Below are positions 9,756 to 17,814 of a stretch of 64,000 nucleotides of DNA, in pieces. Origin of the DNA: a virus (Duplodnaviria; Caudoviricetes); the IMG/VR virus record IMGVR_UViG_3300024270_000002; one strand, written 5' to 3'. The position numbers and the translations under genes are program-made. The notes under the pieces were generated by a model that saw only the letters and a program-made list of their open reading frames with translations, did not search any database and had not been told where the DNA came from. Position 1 is the first letter of the stretch. Each line of letters begins with the position of its first letter.

Positions 9756-9784
9756 TTTACAAAATGAATAAAATGTGTTATAAT
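9756..9784 (+). promoter_or_regulatory. sigma-A-type early promoter
   Basis: TTTACA-N17-TATAAT with TG extension. Confidence 0.8.
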
Positions 9785-9818
9785 ATATATGTAATAAAGA
9801 TTAAGGAGGACAGAAAGA

Positions 9819-10037
9819 ATGTCTGAAAATGAGAAGTATCCTATTAAAGAAGAGTGGGAAGAATACTACAAAGTGCTCGAAGGTATCAGAAGAACCGGAG
9901 TCTGTAATATGTTCGGCGCTTCGCCTTACCTGAAGGAGTTCTGCCCTGAACTTTCTGAGAAAGAGTCTCAGGAGATTCTTTGCAACTGGATTCATAACTA
10001 TGATGCCTTGAACGAAAAGTACGGCTGGAGGAATTAA
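9819..10037 (+). CDS. hypothetical protein (DUF5049-like)
   Basis: LEGIRRTGVCNMFG motif. Confidence 0.7.
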   Translation: MSENEKYPIKEEWEEYYKVLEGIRRTGVCNMFGASPYLKEFCPELSEKESQEILCNWIHNYDALNEKYGWRN

Positions 10038-10040
10038 GCT

Positions 10041-10256
10041 ATGAAGGTTATCTCTACTACTGATCTTTCTCGACCTGGAAATGATTGTTATATCTACGAA
10101 TCAGTTTCTTTGGTAGAGCAATTCGAGCTCTTCTCTGTGATTCGTTACTGGAGAGTTACAGGCTGGTCAGACCGAGAAGAAGTTTCTGTGCTATATACTT
10201 CGCTTTCACGAAGCTCAGCAGCAGAAAGATATAAAAGCTACGGCGGAAAAATTTAA
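10041..10256 (+). CDS. hypothetical protein
   Basis: SD GGAGG. Confidence 0.7.
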   Translation: MKVISTTDLSRPGNDCYIYESVSLVEQFELFSVIRYWRVTGWSDREEVSVLYTSLSRSSAAERYKSYGGKI

Positions 10257-10281
10257 ATAAAAGAAAGGATTACATATACAA

Positions 10282-10689
10282 ATGAATACTACTAATAATA
10301 CTATCAAGAACCTCGCTGAATGGATCGAAAGCTTGAAGCAGTTTGCAGAAGGTGATCACGAACTTCTTATCTCTTGGTTTAAGGATACTAAAGACAAACC
10401 TTTCTCTATCGTCGGTGGTTGGCAGAAGATGTTTAAGGAAGACTACTCAGATCTCTTCTGCTGTAGTAAGTCTCAGCCTGAGTATGTGATGTGTGTTAAG
10501 ATCGTAAAGAACGAAGGACCTTACGCTTACACAGACTTTGATACTATGAACATGCCGACAGATTCTTTCGGCAATGTAGACGACACCTGCATCCCTCTCG
10601 AGTGGGACGACTCTGCAGATGCTGCCGCTGCCTTCTTTCTTTGTGAGTGGGAAAGAATCATGGCGGAGTACGAGGAGGACAGAGAATGA
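10282..10689 (+). CDS. hypothetical protein
   Basis: ORF with SD. Confidence 0.75.
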   Translation: MNTTNNTIKNLAEWIESLKQFAEGDHELLISWFKDTKDKPFSIVGGWQKMFKEDYSDLFCCSKSQPEYVMCVKIVKNEGPYAYTDFDTMNMPTDSFGNVDDTCIPLEWDDSADAAAAFFLCEWERIMAEYEEDRE

Positions 10690-10952
10690 GCAATTGGCTT
10701 ACTGAAGCAGTTGCACGCGAAGCCGCTTATGATGAAGGCTACGAAGCCGGTAAGCTTTGCGCTGCACAACAGATCTTAGATGACCTCGAAGAAGTTATTA
10801 AGGAGAAACGAGAAGGGTATAGACAGACTCGGGAAAAGCATAAGTCAATAGATTACCACGAGAGCTATAGCTATTGGCTTGGTCGTGGACTAACCTGTGG
10901 CGAGATCCTTATGCTGCTGACTGAGCTTAAAAAGAAATATGGAATAGACTAA
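10686..10952 (+). CDS. hypothetical protein
   Basis: SD GAGGAGG, ATGA overlap at 10686. Confidence 0.7.
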   Translation: MSNWLTEAVAREAAYDEGYEAGKLCAAQQILDDLEEVIKEKREGYRQTREKHKSIDYHESYSYWLGRGLTCGEILMLLTELKKKYGID

Positions 10953-11010
10953 GAGTCTAAGTAATTGATATCGTATAATAAAATATAAAAACAAAAGGAG
11001 AATAAAAATT

Positions 11011-11187
11011 ATGTTTGGAAAATATGAAACTTGGAAGATTGTTTACGTTCCTACTATTATGAATAATGGAGCAAGAGGTGTTGCTCTTGTAGAAGCCGTA
11101 GATAGACAACATGCAATGAATCAGTTTCAGCAGCAATACACCGGGCAGTTCCATACAGTAGAGTCCTGCACTAAGCTGCTCGGCTAA
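11011..11187 (+). CDS. small hypothetical protein (58 aa, not in ORF track)
   Basis: CGTATAAT box at 10972, SD AAAGGAG, MFGKYETW... Confidence 0.7.
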   Translation: MFGKYETWKIVYVPTIMNNGARGVALVEAVDRQHAMNQFQQQYTGQFHTVESCTKLLG

Positions 11188-11242
11188 AAAGAATTTAGGG
11201 AGTAGTATCAAAATTTAGAAAATAATGCCGTATAATATTATA

Positions 11243-11478
11243 GAACAGAACGTTGCGAGGGTTACGGTGCGTTTGATACTTAGGTATATTTCTTTTCTTT
11301 CTTCTCTTTTCACCTCCCTCCTTTTTCGAAAAATAAGTGTGTTCATATAAGACCACTCGCAGCGTTCGTTCGCCTCCTTCGTTTGTCATAATAAAAGTAA
11401 ATAAGTTCGGATGCCTCCTTTCTAAAGTTAATTTTATCTTATTTCTTTTAAGACCGTTGCTGCGGTCTTTTTCTTTTT
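11243..11478 (+). ncRNA. putative structured sRNA displaying anti-Shine-Dalgarno (CCUCCU) motifs
   Basis: TATAAT 11231-11236; ~20-bp closing stem 11243-11263/11351-11371; second stem 11392-11405/11438-11450; terminator; no + strand ORF of 60 aa or more and none with an SD. Confidence 0.7.
11450..11478 (+). terminator. intrinsic terminator
   Basis: AAGACCG...CGGTCTT plus TTTCTTTTT. Confidence 0.8.
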
Positions 11479-11509
11479 ATATCGTATAATATAATAAAGG
11501 AGAATACTA

Positions 11510-11698
11510 ATGAGTAGATACGTTATTTATTACAGTACCAGGAAGTGTATGTTCAGAGACCTCGCGAGTACCTGGAAAGCTTGGGCAGAAGAAGCTCACT
11601 TAGATGAAAGCCAGCTAAGAGGAATGTCGCTCTTCTTCCGGCATATAGGAAGAAGATTCGGGTTAATAAATGAATTCAAAGATATTGGTGTTATCTAA
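11510..11698 (+). CDS. hypothetical protein
   Basis: CGTATAAT box at 11483, SD AAAGGAG. Confidence 0.7.
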   Translation: MSRYVIYYSTRKCMFRDLASTWKAWAEEAHLDESQLRGMSLFFRHIGRRFGLINEFKDIGVI

Positions 11699-11738
11699 AT
11701 GTTTACAATTTGGTAATAACTTTTTTTTGAAAAAGGGT

Positions 11739-11767
11739 TTTACAAATTATGGAAAACATGTTATAAT
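11739..11767 (+). promoter_or_regulatory. sigma-A-type early promoter
   Basis: TTTACA-N17-TATAAT with TG extension. Confidence 0.8.
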
Positions 11768-11821
11768 AAATACATAAGAAATAAGAACGACAAACTAAAA
11801 AAATTAGAAGGAGATTGAATT

Positions 11822-12124
11822 ATGTTTAACACAAAACTTATCGACAAGTTCTACGAAGCTTTATTCTGTACTGACTTTAAAGATTATACGAGCGCAACAC
11901 AAAATGAAAAAACGGACTGTCTCTCCGAATGTAAAGATTTTGATGAGTGGCTTGATAGACTTATTAATGTCTTTGCAGATGAAGAAGAAGTTAATGCTGT
12001 AGAGGTTAGAACCGCAGCACTCGCAGACAAGAAGTTTATTGAGACAATGAAAGCTGAGTATGAAGAGCTTCTTGAACTCTGTGACGATGAAGATGATGAA
12101 GAAGATTTCAACGATGAAGATTAA
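11822..12124 (+). CDS. acidic hypothetical protein
   Basis: SD AAGGAG; poly-D/E tail. Confidence 0.75.
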   Translation: MFNTKLIDKFYEALFCTDFKDYTSATQNEKTDCLSECKDFDEWLDRLINVFADEEEVNAVEVRTAALADKKFIETMKAEYEELLELCDDEDDEEDFNDED

Positions 12125-12136
12125 GGAGAACAACAT

Positions 12137-12358
12137 ATGTTTTATTACACAGTAGAATCCAGTCACTGGCCGATGAACCTCGAGTTCAAATCCACTATTG
12201 AGATGAAGGAAGGACAATGCTTCAGAATCCTTTCTCACAGTAATCTCATTAAGAACTATCCTACTAGATTTAAGGTATTGAGTGTTTCGGATACTCCTAC
12301 CTTCTCTGGTCCGATAGTAGAGATTACCGATGTAGACTTTAATGTCGAAACCTTTTAA
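12137..12358 (+). CDS. hypothetical protein
   Basis: SD AAGGAG. Confidence 0.7.
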   Translation: MFYYTVESSHWPMNLEFKSTIEMKEGQCFRILSHSNLIKNYPTRFKVLSVSDTPTFSGPIVEITDVDFNVETF

Positions 12359-12364
12359 TTAAAT

Positions 12365-12404
12365 AAGAGTGCACGGGAAACTATTAAAATCCAGTGCACT
12401 TTTT
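12365..12404 (+). terminator. intrinsic terminator
   Basis: AGTGCAC...GTGCACT plus T tract. Confidence 0.7.
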
Positions 12405-12407
12405 CTA

Positions 12408-12436
12408 TTTACAAATATCGGTAAATGGAGTATAAT
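12408..12436 (+). promoter_or_regulatory. sigma-A-type early promoter
   Basis: TTTACA-N17-TATAAT. Confidence 0.8.
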
Positions 12437-12471
12437 ATAAATATAAAATAAAAGAATGTGAGGCATTTAAT

Positions 12472-12777
12472 ATGGAAAGAAATGGAAAGACTTTTATTAT
12501 TGTAACAGATGATTTCTTAACTAAAGATGTTTTCTTAACCTTTAAGGATTCTGACCTAGGCTGCACGACAGTAGATTGGTTAGAAGAAATGATAGAGTAT
12601 GATTTCTCGGATACCATCGAAGAGGCTCTACATAAAGCAGAGCAGGCGAATAGCATGACTCTCGGCGGCTGGCCAAGTCCTATGAAGATCACTGAAGTAC
12701 TTAACTTTAACTCTGCTTTCACCGGCGACGAAGAACCTGAACTTAAAACAGTTAGAACCCTTACTTTCCATAGATAA
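12472..12777 (+). CDS. hypothetical protein
   Basis: ORF after promoter, SD GAGG. Confidence 0.75.
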   Translation: MERNGKTFIIVTDDFLTKDVFLTFKDSDLGCTTVDWLEEMIEYDFSDTIEEALHKAEQANSMTLGGWPSPMKITEVLNFNSAFTGDEEPELKTVRTLTFHR

Positions 12778-12828
12778 TTTGCTTAGATACAAAAGATAAA
12801 GTATAAAATAAAAAGTGAGGTATATAAT

Positions 12829-13014
12829 ATGAAGACGGGAAGACTTAAAGAATTATGTTTATTGGTTTGGGCTCTATTAACTGATGAGGAAAAGGAAGCC
12901 TACTTCTACGGAACCGGAACTATCGAGTTTATAGAAGATGTCGCTAAACTATTTAGTATAGAAGCTGGTGAGCTTTCAGAAGAATTTATTGACGAAGTAG
13001 CAGAACAGCTTTAA
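12829..13014 (+). CDS. hypothetical protein
   Basis: SD GAGGT. Confidence 0.7.
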   Translation: MKTGRLKELCLLVWALLTDEEKEAYFYGTGTIEFIEDVAKLFSIEAGELSEEFIDEVAEQL

Positions 13015-13023
13015 TAGCTACAT

Positions 13024-13055
13024 AAGAGTCGTATAATATTATGCGGCTCTTTTTT
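13024..13055 (+). terminator. intrinsic terminator containing a CGTATAAT box
   Basis: AAGAGTCGTATAA/TTATGCGGCTCTT plus T tract. Confidence 0.75.
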
Positions 13056-13091
13056 ATTTGTAAACAATTTATTAACAACTCATCAAAGGGG

Positions 13092-13120
13092 TTTACAAAA
13101 TAAGAAATGTATGGTATAAT
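13092..13120 (+). promoter_or_regulatory. sigma-A-type early promoter
   Basis: TTTACA-N17-TATAAT with TG extension. Confidence 0.8.
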
Positions 13121-13151
13121 ATAAATAGAATAAATCAGGGAGGATTACATA

Positions 13152-13550
13152 ATGCTTAAGATAATCAGAGAAAGAAGACCCCTTAAGTTCAGAGACTATA
13201 CAATCGAATATAGATACAAGGATGATCCTGAAGCTGGCTTCACCTTTCCTGCTACTTGCCACGGTGACCCAGATTTCTCCTGTATGGGCCGAGAGATGTT
13301 GGCTAACTACGAAGCTTGCCTCACTGATAAACGGCTGACAGAGGGAGAATTTACTAAGCACGAATGGACCTATATGGAACCGGCTCTTGGTATCTGCTCT
13401 TGTGGTAAGGAACTTACCCTCGACTGTGACCATGCCGGAGCTGTACAGTGCGAGTGCGGAAAGTGGTACAACCTGTTCGGTCAGTCACTTATTGATCCTA
13501 AGTACTGGTACAGAGATGAAGATGACTACTACTCTGATATGGAGGATTAA
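13152..13550 (+). CDS. hypothetical protein with zinc ribbon
   Basis: CSCG...CECG. Confidence 0.75.
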   Translation: MLKIIRERRPLKFRDYTIEYRYKDDPEAGFTFPATCHGDPDFSCMGREMLANYEACLTDKRLTEGEFTKHEWTYMEPALGICSCGKELTLDCDHAGAVQCECGKWYNLFGQSLIDPKYWYRDEDDYYSDMED

Positions 13551-13553
13551 CTA

Positions 13554-13823
13554 ATGACTTACTATCACGGAACATCGATAGCGGGACTTACTGAAATTCT
13601 TCCTCCAGTGGATACAGCTGTACTGAGAGAAGATTTTAGAAAGAAGTTTTTAGATTGTGTATTTGTTACACCTCTCAAAAAGTCTGCAGAAGCTTATGCT
13701 AGAAAGTGTGCTTCTAAATTCGGTGGCAAGCCTGTAGTATATGAAGTAAAACCAATTAATCCAATTGAGATAAATGTGTCTCAGTACATTTGTGATAAAG
13801 CTTTGGTAATACGGGAGGTTTAA
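13554..13823 (+). CDS. ADP-ribosyltransferase-fold protein (Arr-like)
   Basis: YYHGT, VFVT, AxxYA, VYEVKP motifs typical of Arr/PARP-like ARTs. Confidence 0.65.
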   Translation: MTYYHGTSIAGLTEILPPVDTAVLREDFRKKFLDCVFVTPLKKSAEAYARKCASKFGGKPVVYEVKPINPIEINVSQYICDKALVIREV

Positions 13824-14006
13824 ATGTATAAGCTAGAACTTACAGAAGAAGAACTACAGTTTCTGCATGATAGATGTGTCAGCAAGATTGCAAGACTAGA
13901 AGAAGCACACCTTGAGGATGTCCCTTGCTATCGTTTATCTTGGCAGGTGTTGCATAAGATTTATGAAGCTCGTGGTTTAAAGAATACTACAGAGGAGAAG
14001 TTTTAA
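13824..14006 (+). CDS. hypothetical protein
   Basis: SD GGAGG. Confidence 0.7.
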   Translation: MYKLELTEEELQFLHDRCVSKIARLEEAHLEDVPCYRLSWQVLHKIYEARGLKNTTEEKF

Positions 14007-14007
14007 G

Positions 14008-14202
14008 ATGAAGATTAAGTTTATAACCTTTAGACCTTGCTATGGCGGAGTATATGGTGTTGTAGTTAAGGATACTGCTACAGTGTTAAATGAGTGGTTA
14101 GAAGAAAATCCTGATGTAGAAATCGTCAGCTGGCAAACTACTCCGGTAGGAGCAGAAAACGAACTTTATATTACTATTCAGTACAAGGAGCAGGAGGACT
14201 GA
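14008..14202 (+). CDS. hypothetical protein
   Basis: TAAGATG junction. Confidence 0.7.
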   Translation: MKIKFITFRPCYGGVYGVVVKDTATVLNEWLEENPDVEIVSWQTTPVGAENELYITIQYKEQED

Positions 14203-14204
14203 CT

Positions 14205-14384
14205 ATGGATACTAAGCAGATGTTAAAAGACGGCTTTAAAAAGAAGCAGGTAGCTTTACTTATCTATAAGGATAGCTACAACGGAAAAGAACATATCGTA
14301 GTAGTTGATACTCCGGAGCATGCGAAAGAATATAAGACCTCAGAAACTATGAGGCTTGCTACTATGTATATTAAGGAGAATTGA
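14205..14384 (+). CDS. small hypothetical protein (59 aa, not in ORF track)
   Basis: SD AGGAGG, MDTKQML... Confidence 0.7.
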   Translation: MDTKQMLKDGFKKKQVALLIYKDSYNGKEHIVVVDTPEHAKEYKTSETMRLATMYIKEN

Positions 14385-14385
14385 T

Positions 14386-14604
14386 ATGAGAGCAAATGAA
14401 AAGAAGATGATTCTACACTATCTACATGTCGCTCATAATGATTGGTTAGCCGCAAAGCTACTGGGTAAACAGCAACCCAGATCTTCTCAGTTTCCTACCA
14501 TTAGTCAGGAAGAGGTGGCAGCCTATCGTGAGTTTAATACTCTGCGTCACCTAGCTGATGACCTTGGGATTTCCCATCCCTATGACTTTTGTGAAGGAGA
14601 TTAA
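14386..14604 (+). CDS. hypothetical protein
   Basis: SD AAGGAG, ATG 14386. Confidence 0.7.
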   Translation: MRANEKKMILHYLHVAHNDWLAAKLLGKQQPRSSQFPTISQEEVAAYREFNTLRHLADDLGISHPYDFCEGD

Positions 14605-14607
14605 CTT

Positions 14608-14895
14608 ATGGCTTATGTCTTGAAACTTACTGACCAGCAGTATTCCGGTTTTACTTATATAAGTAAAGGAAGTATCTTGAGTCATGGAAGACACGGCTTC
14701 TTTCTCGAGGACTCTGTATTTGAAACTGCCGGAGAGGCAGTAGACCATATTCAGACTTGTCTGGAGAGCGGTTGGTACCGGACTGATATCACCCCCGCGA
14801 ACTTTGAAGTAGTTGAGGTTAATCTGTATCCTGAGATTGACCCTTACTTCTATTACACAAAAGATGAGGCTGAAAGATTTAAGAATCTTAATTAA
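14608..14895 (+). CDS. hypothetical protein
   Basis: SD AAGGAG. Confidence 0.75.
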   Translation: MAYVLKLTDQQYSGFTYISKGSILSHGRHGFFLEDSVFETAGEAVDHIQTCLESGWYRTDITPANFEVVEVNLYPEIDPYFYYTKDEAERFKNLN

Positions 14896-14907
14896 GGAGT
14901 TTTACAA

Positions 14908-15171
14908 ATGACATTTGAATTTATGTATGGAGATACCTGGTATAAGTATGAAGATGGAAAGATCATTCAGCAGTGCTCAGATGGAACCTATAGCGAGTGG
15001 GCTGAACCTGTATGTCCGGTAGTTATAGAACTTCAGAATCAGATGGGAGCTATTCCAGAAGATGTAAGACCTGTAGTTATGCAGGGGCTTCTGCACGCTT
15101 ATGGCTACGGTATCATAGACGGAAAGAATAAAAAGATTGCTGAGTTTAAAAGAGTATTTAAGTTAGACTAA
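14908..15171 (+). CDS. hypothetical protein
   Basis: SD AAGGAG. Confidence 0.75.
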   Translation: MTFEFMYGDTWYKYEDGKIIQQCSDGTYSEWAEPVCPVVIELQNQMGAIPEDVRPVVMQGLLHAYGYGIIDGKNKKIAEFKRVFKLD

Positions 15172-15181
15172 GGAGGAAGCG

Positions 15182-15457
15182 ATGTATCCAAGAAGAGTAA
15201 CTTTTAGCTTTGAGCTAGATAAGAAAGCAATGACCCATCTGAAAGAAAGATCGAGTTATAATCATAATTACTATGAGCTTGACCTAAATGCTTACGGGGA
15301 TTATATCCTTGCAGAGAAGTGTAATATCCTGTACGAGGAATGTAATGACAGCGACTTCTATGCTTACTATTCCCTGGGATACTTCGAAGGAGATAAGTTC
15401 CAGCCTATGTTTACTTGGCTCGATGAATGTAAGAACTTAGATTTTATTATGGAGTAA
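15182..15457 (+). CDS. hypothetical protein
   Basis: SD AAGGAGG. Confidence 0.75.
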   Translation: MYPRRVTFSFELDKKAMTHLKERSSYNHNYYELDLNAYGDYILAEKCNILYEECNDSDFYAYYSLGYFEGDKFQPMFTWLDECKNLDFIME

Positions 15458-15463
15458 CCTATT

Positions 15464-15868
15464 ATGAATATGAATTATGCACAACTTAAGTTCCCGCCAT
15501 ATGAGTGGCTTAAGAAGCTTTCTCTTACTGAGAAGTATACTTATGTAGACAGAGCTACAGGAGAGGGGCATGAAGAAGAAACATATAAAGAATATGAGTT
15601 TACTCTCTTCACAACCCCGACAGATGTATATGGCAGATTTACTTATAATGAAGATGACTCTCATATGATCTACTTCGATGTTATGGAAGATGGATACTGT
15701 GATCATAATAACCTAGGTAAGCGATTTAAGTTTAATAAGAAGGATTATAAAGCAGCTTGCGAGTATGCTCAGAAGATCTATAATGAATTCCAGAGATACT
15801 TGTTTGCAGATCAGTCCTGGCAGTGGGCTGTTACGCCGGAAGAATACTACAGGGAGCATACTAACTAA
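15464..15868 (+). CDS. hypothetical protein
   Basis: SD GGAG. Confidence 0.75.
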   Translation: MNMNYAQLKFPPYEWLKKLSLTEKYTYVDRATGEGHEEETYKEYEFTLFTTPTDVYGRFTYNEDDSHMIYFDVMEDGYCDHNNLGKRFKFNKKDYKAACEYAQKIYNEFQRYLFADQSWQWAVTPEEYYREHTN

Positions 15869-15869
15869 T

Positions 15870-16052
15870 ATGAATATCTCAGAAGAGCTTAAGCAGGAAC
15901 TCGGTAATGCTATCGCAGCTTACGGTAAGATTCTACACTCTGCTTTCTTAGGTGCTCAAGTGTCACCTGAGTTTGAGAAGCTACATAATTGTTCTGAGGA
16001 AGAGCTGAAACATAAGATGCAAATTCTTAAGGACTTTTATAATCAGTTATAA
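15870..16052 (+). CDS. hypothetical protein
   Basis: ATG 15870 immediately after upstream stop. Confidence 0.65.
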   Translation: MNISEELKQELGNAIAAYGKILHSAFLGAQVSPEFEKLHNCSEEELKHKMQILKDFYNQL

Positions 16053-16068
16053 TTAGGAGGATACGTCT

Positions 16069-16482
16069 ATGGATAAGATGGAACAAAAGGAACTCGCAGT
16101 AAGGTGTCTGGAGATGCTTGATATCTACAAACCCTATATCAGAAAGTTTAAGTCTAAGGTAGGAACCCCTTGCTTCTTTGAACAGTTCGCCGGCTTCTGG
16201 GTAGATCAGGAACCTGAGATTTATAATAAGATGAAGGAAGTAGAAGAGGAGTATGGCTGTCTTGTTTATGCGCTAACTCATGAGATTACTGACTTAGGCG
16301 AAACCTGGTCTATGCTCTGTGTACCTGAGAGTGCAGAGAGTATTGAAGATGTTATCGGATCATTTAATCAGCGTGAGTTCTATGCTTTCTCTTATACCTG
16401 GAATAAGACTAATCCTATGTTCTCTGAGTTCGGTGATATAGTAGTCATGGCTCGGTTCGGTGGCATTAAGAGAGTACACTAA
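16069..16482 (+). CDS. hypothetical protein
   Basis: SD AGGAGG. Confidence 0.8.
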   Translation: MDKMEQKELAVRCLEMLDIYKPYIRKFKSKVGTPCFFEQFAGFWVDQEPEIYNKMKEVEEEYGCLVYALTHEITDLGETWSMLCVPESAESIEDVIGSFNQREFYAFSYTWNKTNPMFSEFGDIVVMARFGGIKRVH

Positions 16483-16490
16483 AAAATATA

Positions 16491-16519
16491 TTTACAAACC
16501 TTTCTTACTGTGATATAAT
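16491..16519 (+). promoter_or_regulatory. sigma-A-type early promoter
   Basis: TTTACA-N17-TATAAT with TG extension. Confidence 0.8.
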
Positions 16520-16525
16520 AACTCT

Positions 16526-16649
16526 GGACTAATGCTTATCCAGATCATATTAATGTCGCATTGAGAAGGGAGGTAGGTACTTTTATATTAATAATTGAAT
16601 AGCTGTCTTTTGTTTATTACCGGTCAACTAAAAGTGGCCGGTAATTTTT
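16526..16649 (+). ncRNA. putative ~125-nt sRNA or attenuated leader
   Basis: Consensus promoter followed by terminator with no substantial ORF between; contains AAGGGAGGU without a correctly spaced start codon. Confidence 0.45.
16616..16649 (+). terminator. intrinsic terminator
   Basis: ATTACCGGTCA...TGGCCGGTAAT plus TTTT. Confidence 0.8.
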
Positions 16650-16651
16650 AT

Positions 16652-16661
16652 TGCTAAATTA
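16652..16661 (+). promoter_or_regulatory. putative late promoter TGCTAAATTA
   Basis: Recurrent motif, 32 nt before ATG. Confidence 0.7.
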
Positions 16662-16693
16662 GGTAGCATATATATTATTGCGAGGTATAATAA

Positions 16694-17308
16694 ATGGTTG
16701 AAACTAGCTTTATGAAATTATATGAAAGACTCGGTAGCATTAACGAGAATAGCAGTCTTAATGAAAAATGGTATAAGTCTGAAGACTACGACGGACGCGT
16801 TTGGTTCTCGGACTCGGCAGTACAATTTAAAAACTTTATGAAGAATCTAAGTTCTTCTGGTATGAAAGGCGTACGTTTAGTTGTTGCTCCGAATTTCTAC
16901 TTAGTAGCTAACGCAGCAGATTTTAATCACGATATGATGATAGAAATTGCAGAGGACGAACTTTACATAGAGTCTCCCGCTGAGTACGAATTAACTACCT
17001 GCGGAATTCCGAAGTGTACAGACTTCGAGTTAGAAAACTATGAACTTGAAGATCTCAAGCAAGAAGCCGAAGATGACCCTGAAGATGAAACCTTTGCAAT
17101 GTACAGAAACTACGACCCAGAAAAAGACTATCGGGGACTATTGATTGCAGACTACGGAACATTCGAATTATCACTTTATAACTTCCTTTCCAAAGCGCAC
17201 CCTAATCATGTTCCAAAATATAAAGGTAGAACTCACTACTTTGAAGACTCAGAAACGTATAGAGTACTAAAGCCCTTGCTTAAGCGTATTTATGTATATG
17301 GCGAATAA
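16694..17308 (+). CDS. acidic hypothetical protein, candidate capsid-internal protein
   Basis: Late cassette; leader FMKLYERLGSINE...LNE. Confidence 0.75.
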   Translation: MVETSFMKLYERLGSINENSSLNEKWYKSEDYDGRVWFSDSAVQFKNFMKNLSSSGMKGVRLVVAPNFYLVANAADFNHDMMIEIAEDELYIESPAEYELTTCGIPKCTDFELENYELEDLKQEAEDDPEDETFAMYRNYDPEKDYRGLLIADYGTFELSLYNFLSKAHPNHVPKYKGRTHYFEDSETYRVLKPLLKRIYVYGE

Positions 17309-17328
17309 GATACTTTGATAATATATTT

Positions 17329-17364
17329 AGAAAGCTCATTAAAAAGATGGGCTTTCTTTTTTTT
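17329..17364 (+). terminator. intrinsic terminator
   Basis: AGAAAGCTCAT...ATGGGCTTTCT plus T tract. Confidence 0.8.
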
Positions 17365-17388
17365 ACTTCTAAATTTTATTCGCTGAGA

Positions 17389-17400
17389 TTGTATTATATA
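17389..17400 (+). promoter_or_regulatory. YGTATWATA-class (putative middle) promoter
   Basis: TTGTATTATATA; similar boxes at 19759, 27542, 31114, 35378, 36847, 39397, 40304, 43712. Confidence 0.55.
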
Positions 17401-17424
17401 ATATAAGATTTTTACTAAGGAGAA

Positions 17425-17814
17425 ATGATTATGGATAAGCAGTGTAAAAACATTAGATTAAATGATGATGGTTCTATTACTTTTAAAACCGGTCGCAGGG
17501 AAGTGCCTAAGAATAAAGTAGTAAAGCTTACTCGCAAGGAGGTTCACTTTGAGATTCAGGAGTATGCAATGCCTAAGCCTTTGGTAGTTAGAATGAACTG
17601 CGAGGATTACTTTGATGAATCCGTGTGGGCTACAAGACAGACTCTTGATCATCCGTATCCAAGAGGAGTTGTCGCCTATGATACTGGTAGTAAGCATAAG
17701 TCTCTTCCTGCAAAGATTATGAGAACTGTCCGTGGACAGCGAGTTACTTATAAAGATGGAGACCACCTCAATTTGTGTCGCAGCAACCTTAGAGTAGTAG
17801 GTGCTTCTATATAA
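17425..17814 (+). CDS. degenerate HNH endonuclease-like protein
   Basis: C-terminal VTYKDGDHLNLCRSNLR resembles VDHINGDxLDNRRSNLR but lacks the first His. Confidence 0.55.
   Translation: MIMDKQCKNIRLNDDGSITFKTGRREVPKNKVVKLTRKEVHFEIQEYAMPKPLVVRMNCEDYFDESVWATRQTLDHPYPRGVVAYDTGSKHKSLPAKIMRTVRGQRVTYKDGDHLNLCRSNLRVVGASI

Noticed and set aside
11195-11389. 64-aa minus-strand ORF over the sRNA locus
   Set aside because: Nearest AAGGAGG is about 23 nt from the ATG, the product is low-complexity, and promoter and terminator polarity indicate + strand transcription
11409-11426. rRNA gene fragment
   Set aside because: Similarity is limited to the anti-SD tail, with no flanking 16S sequence
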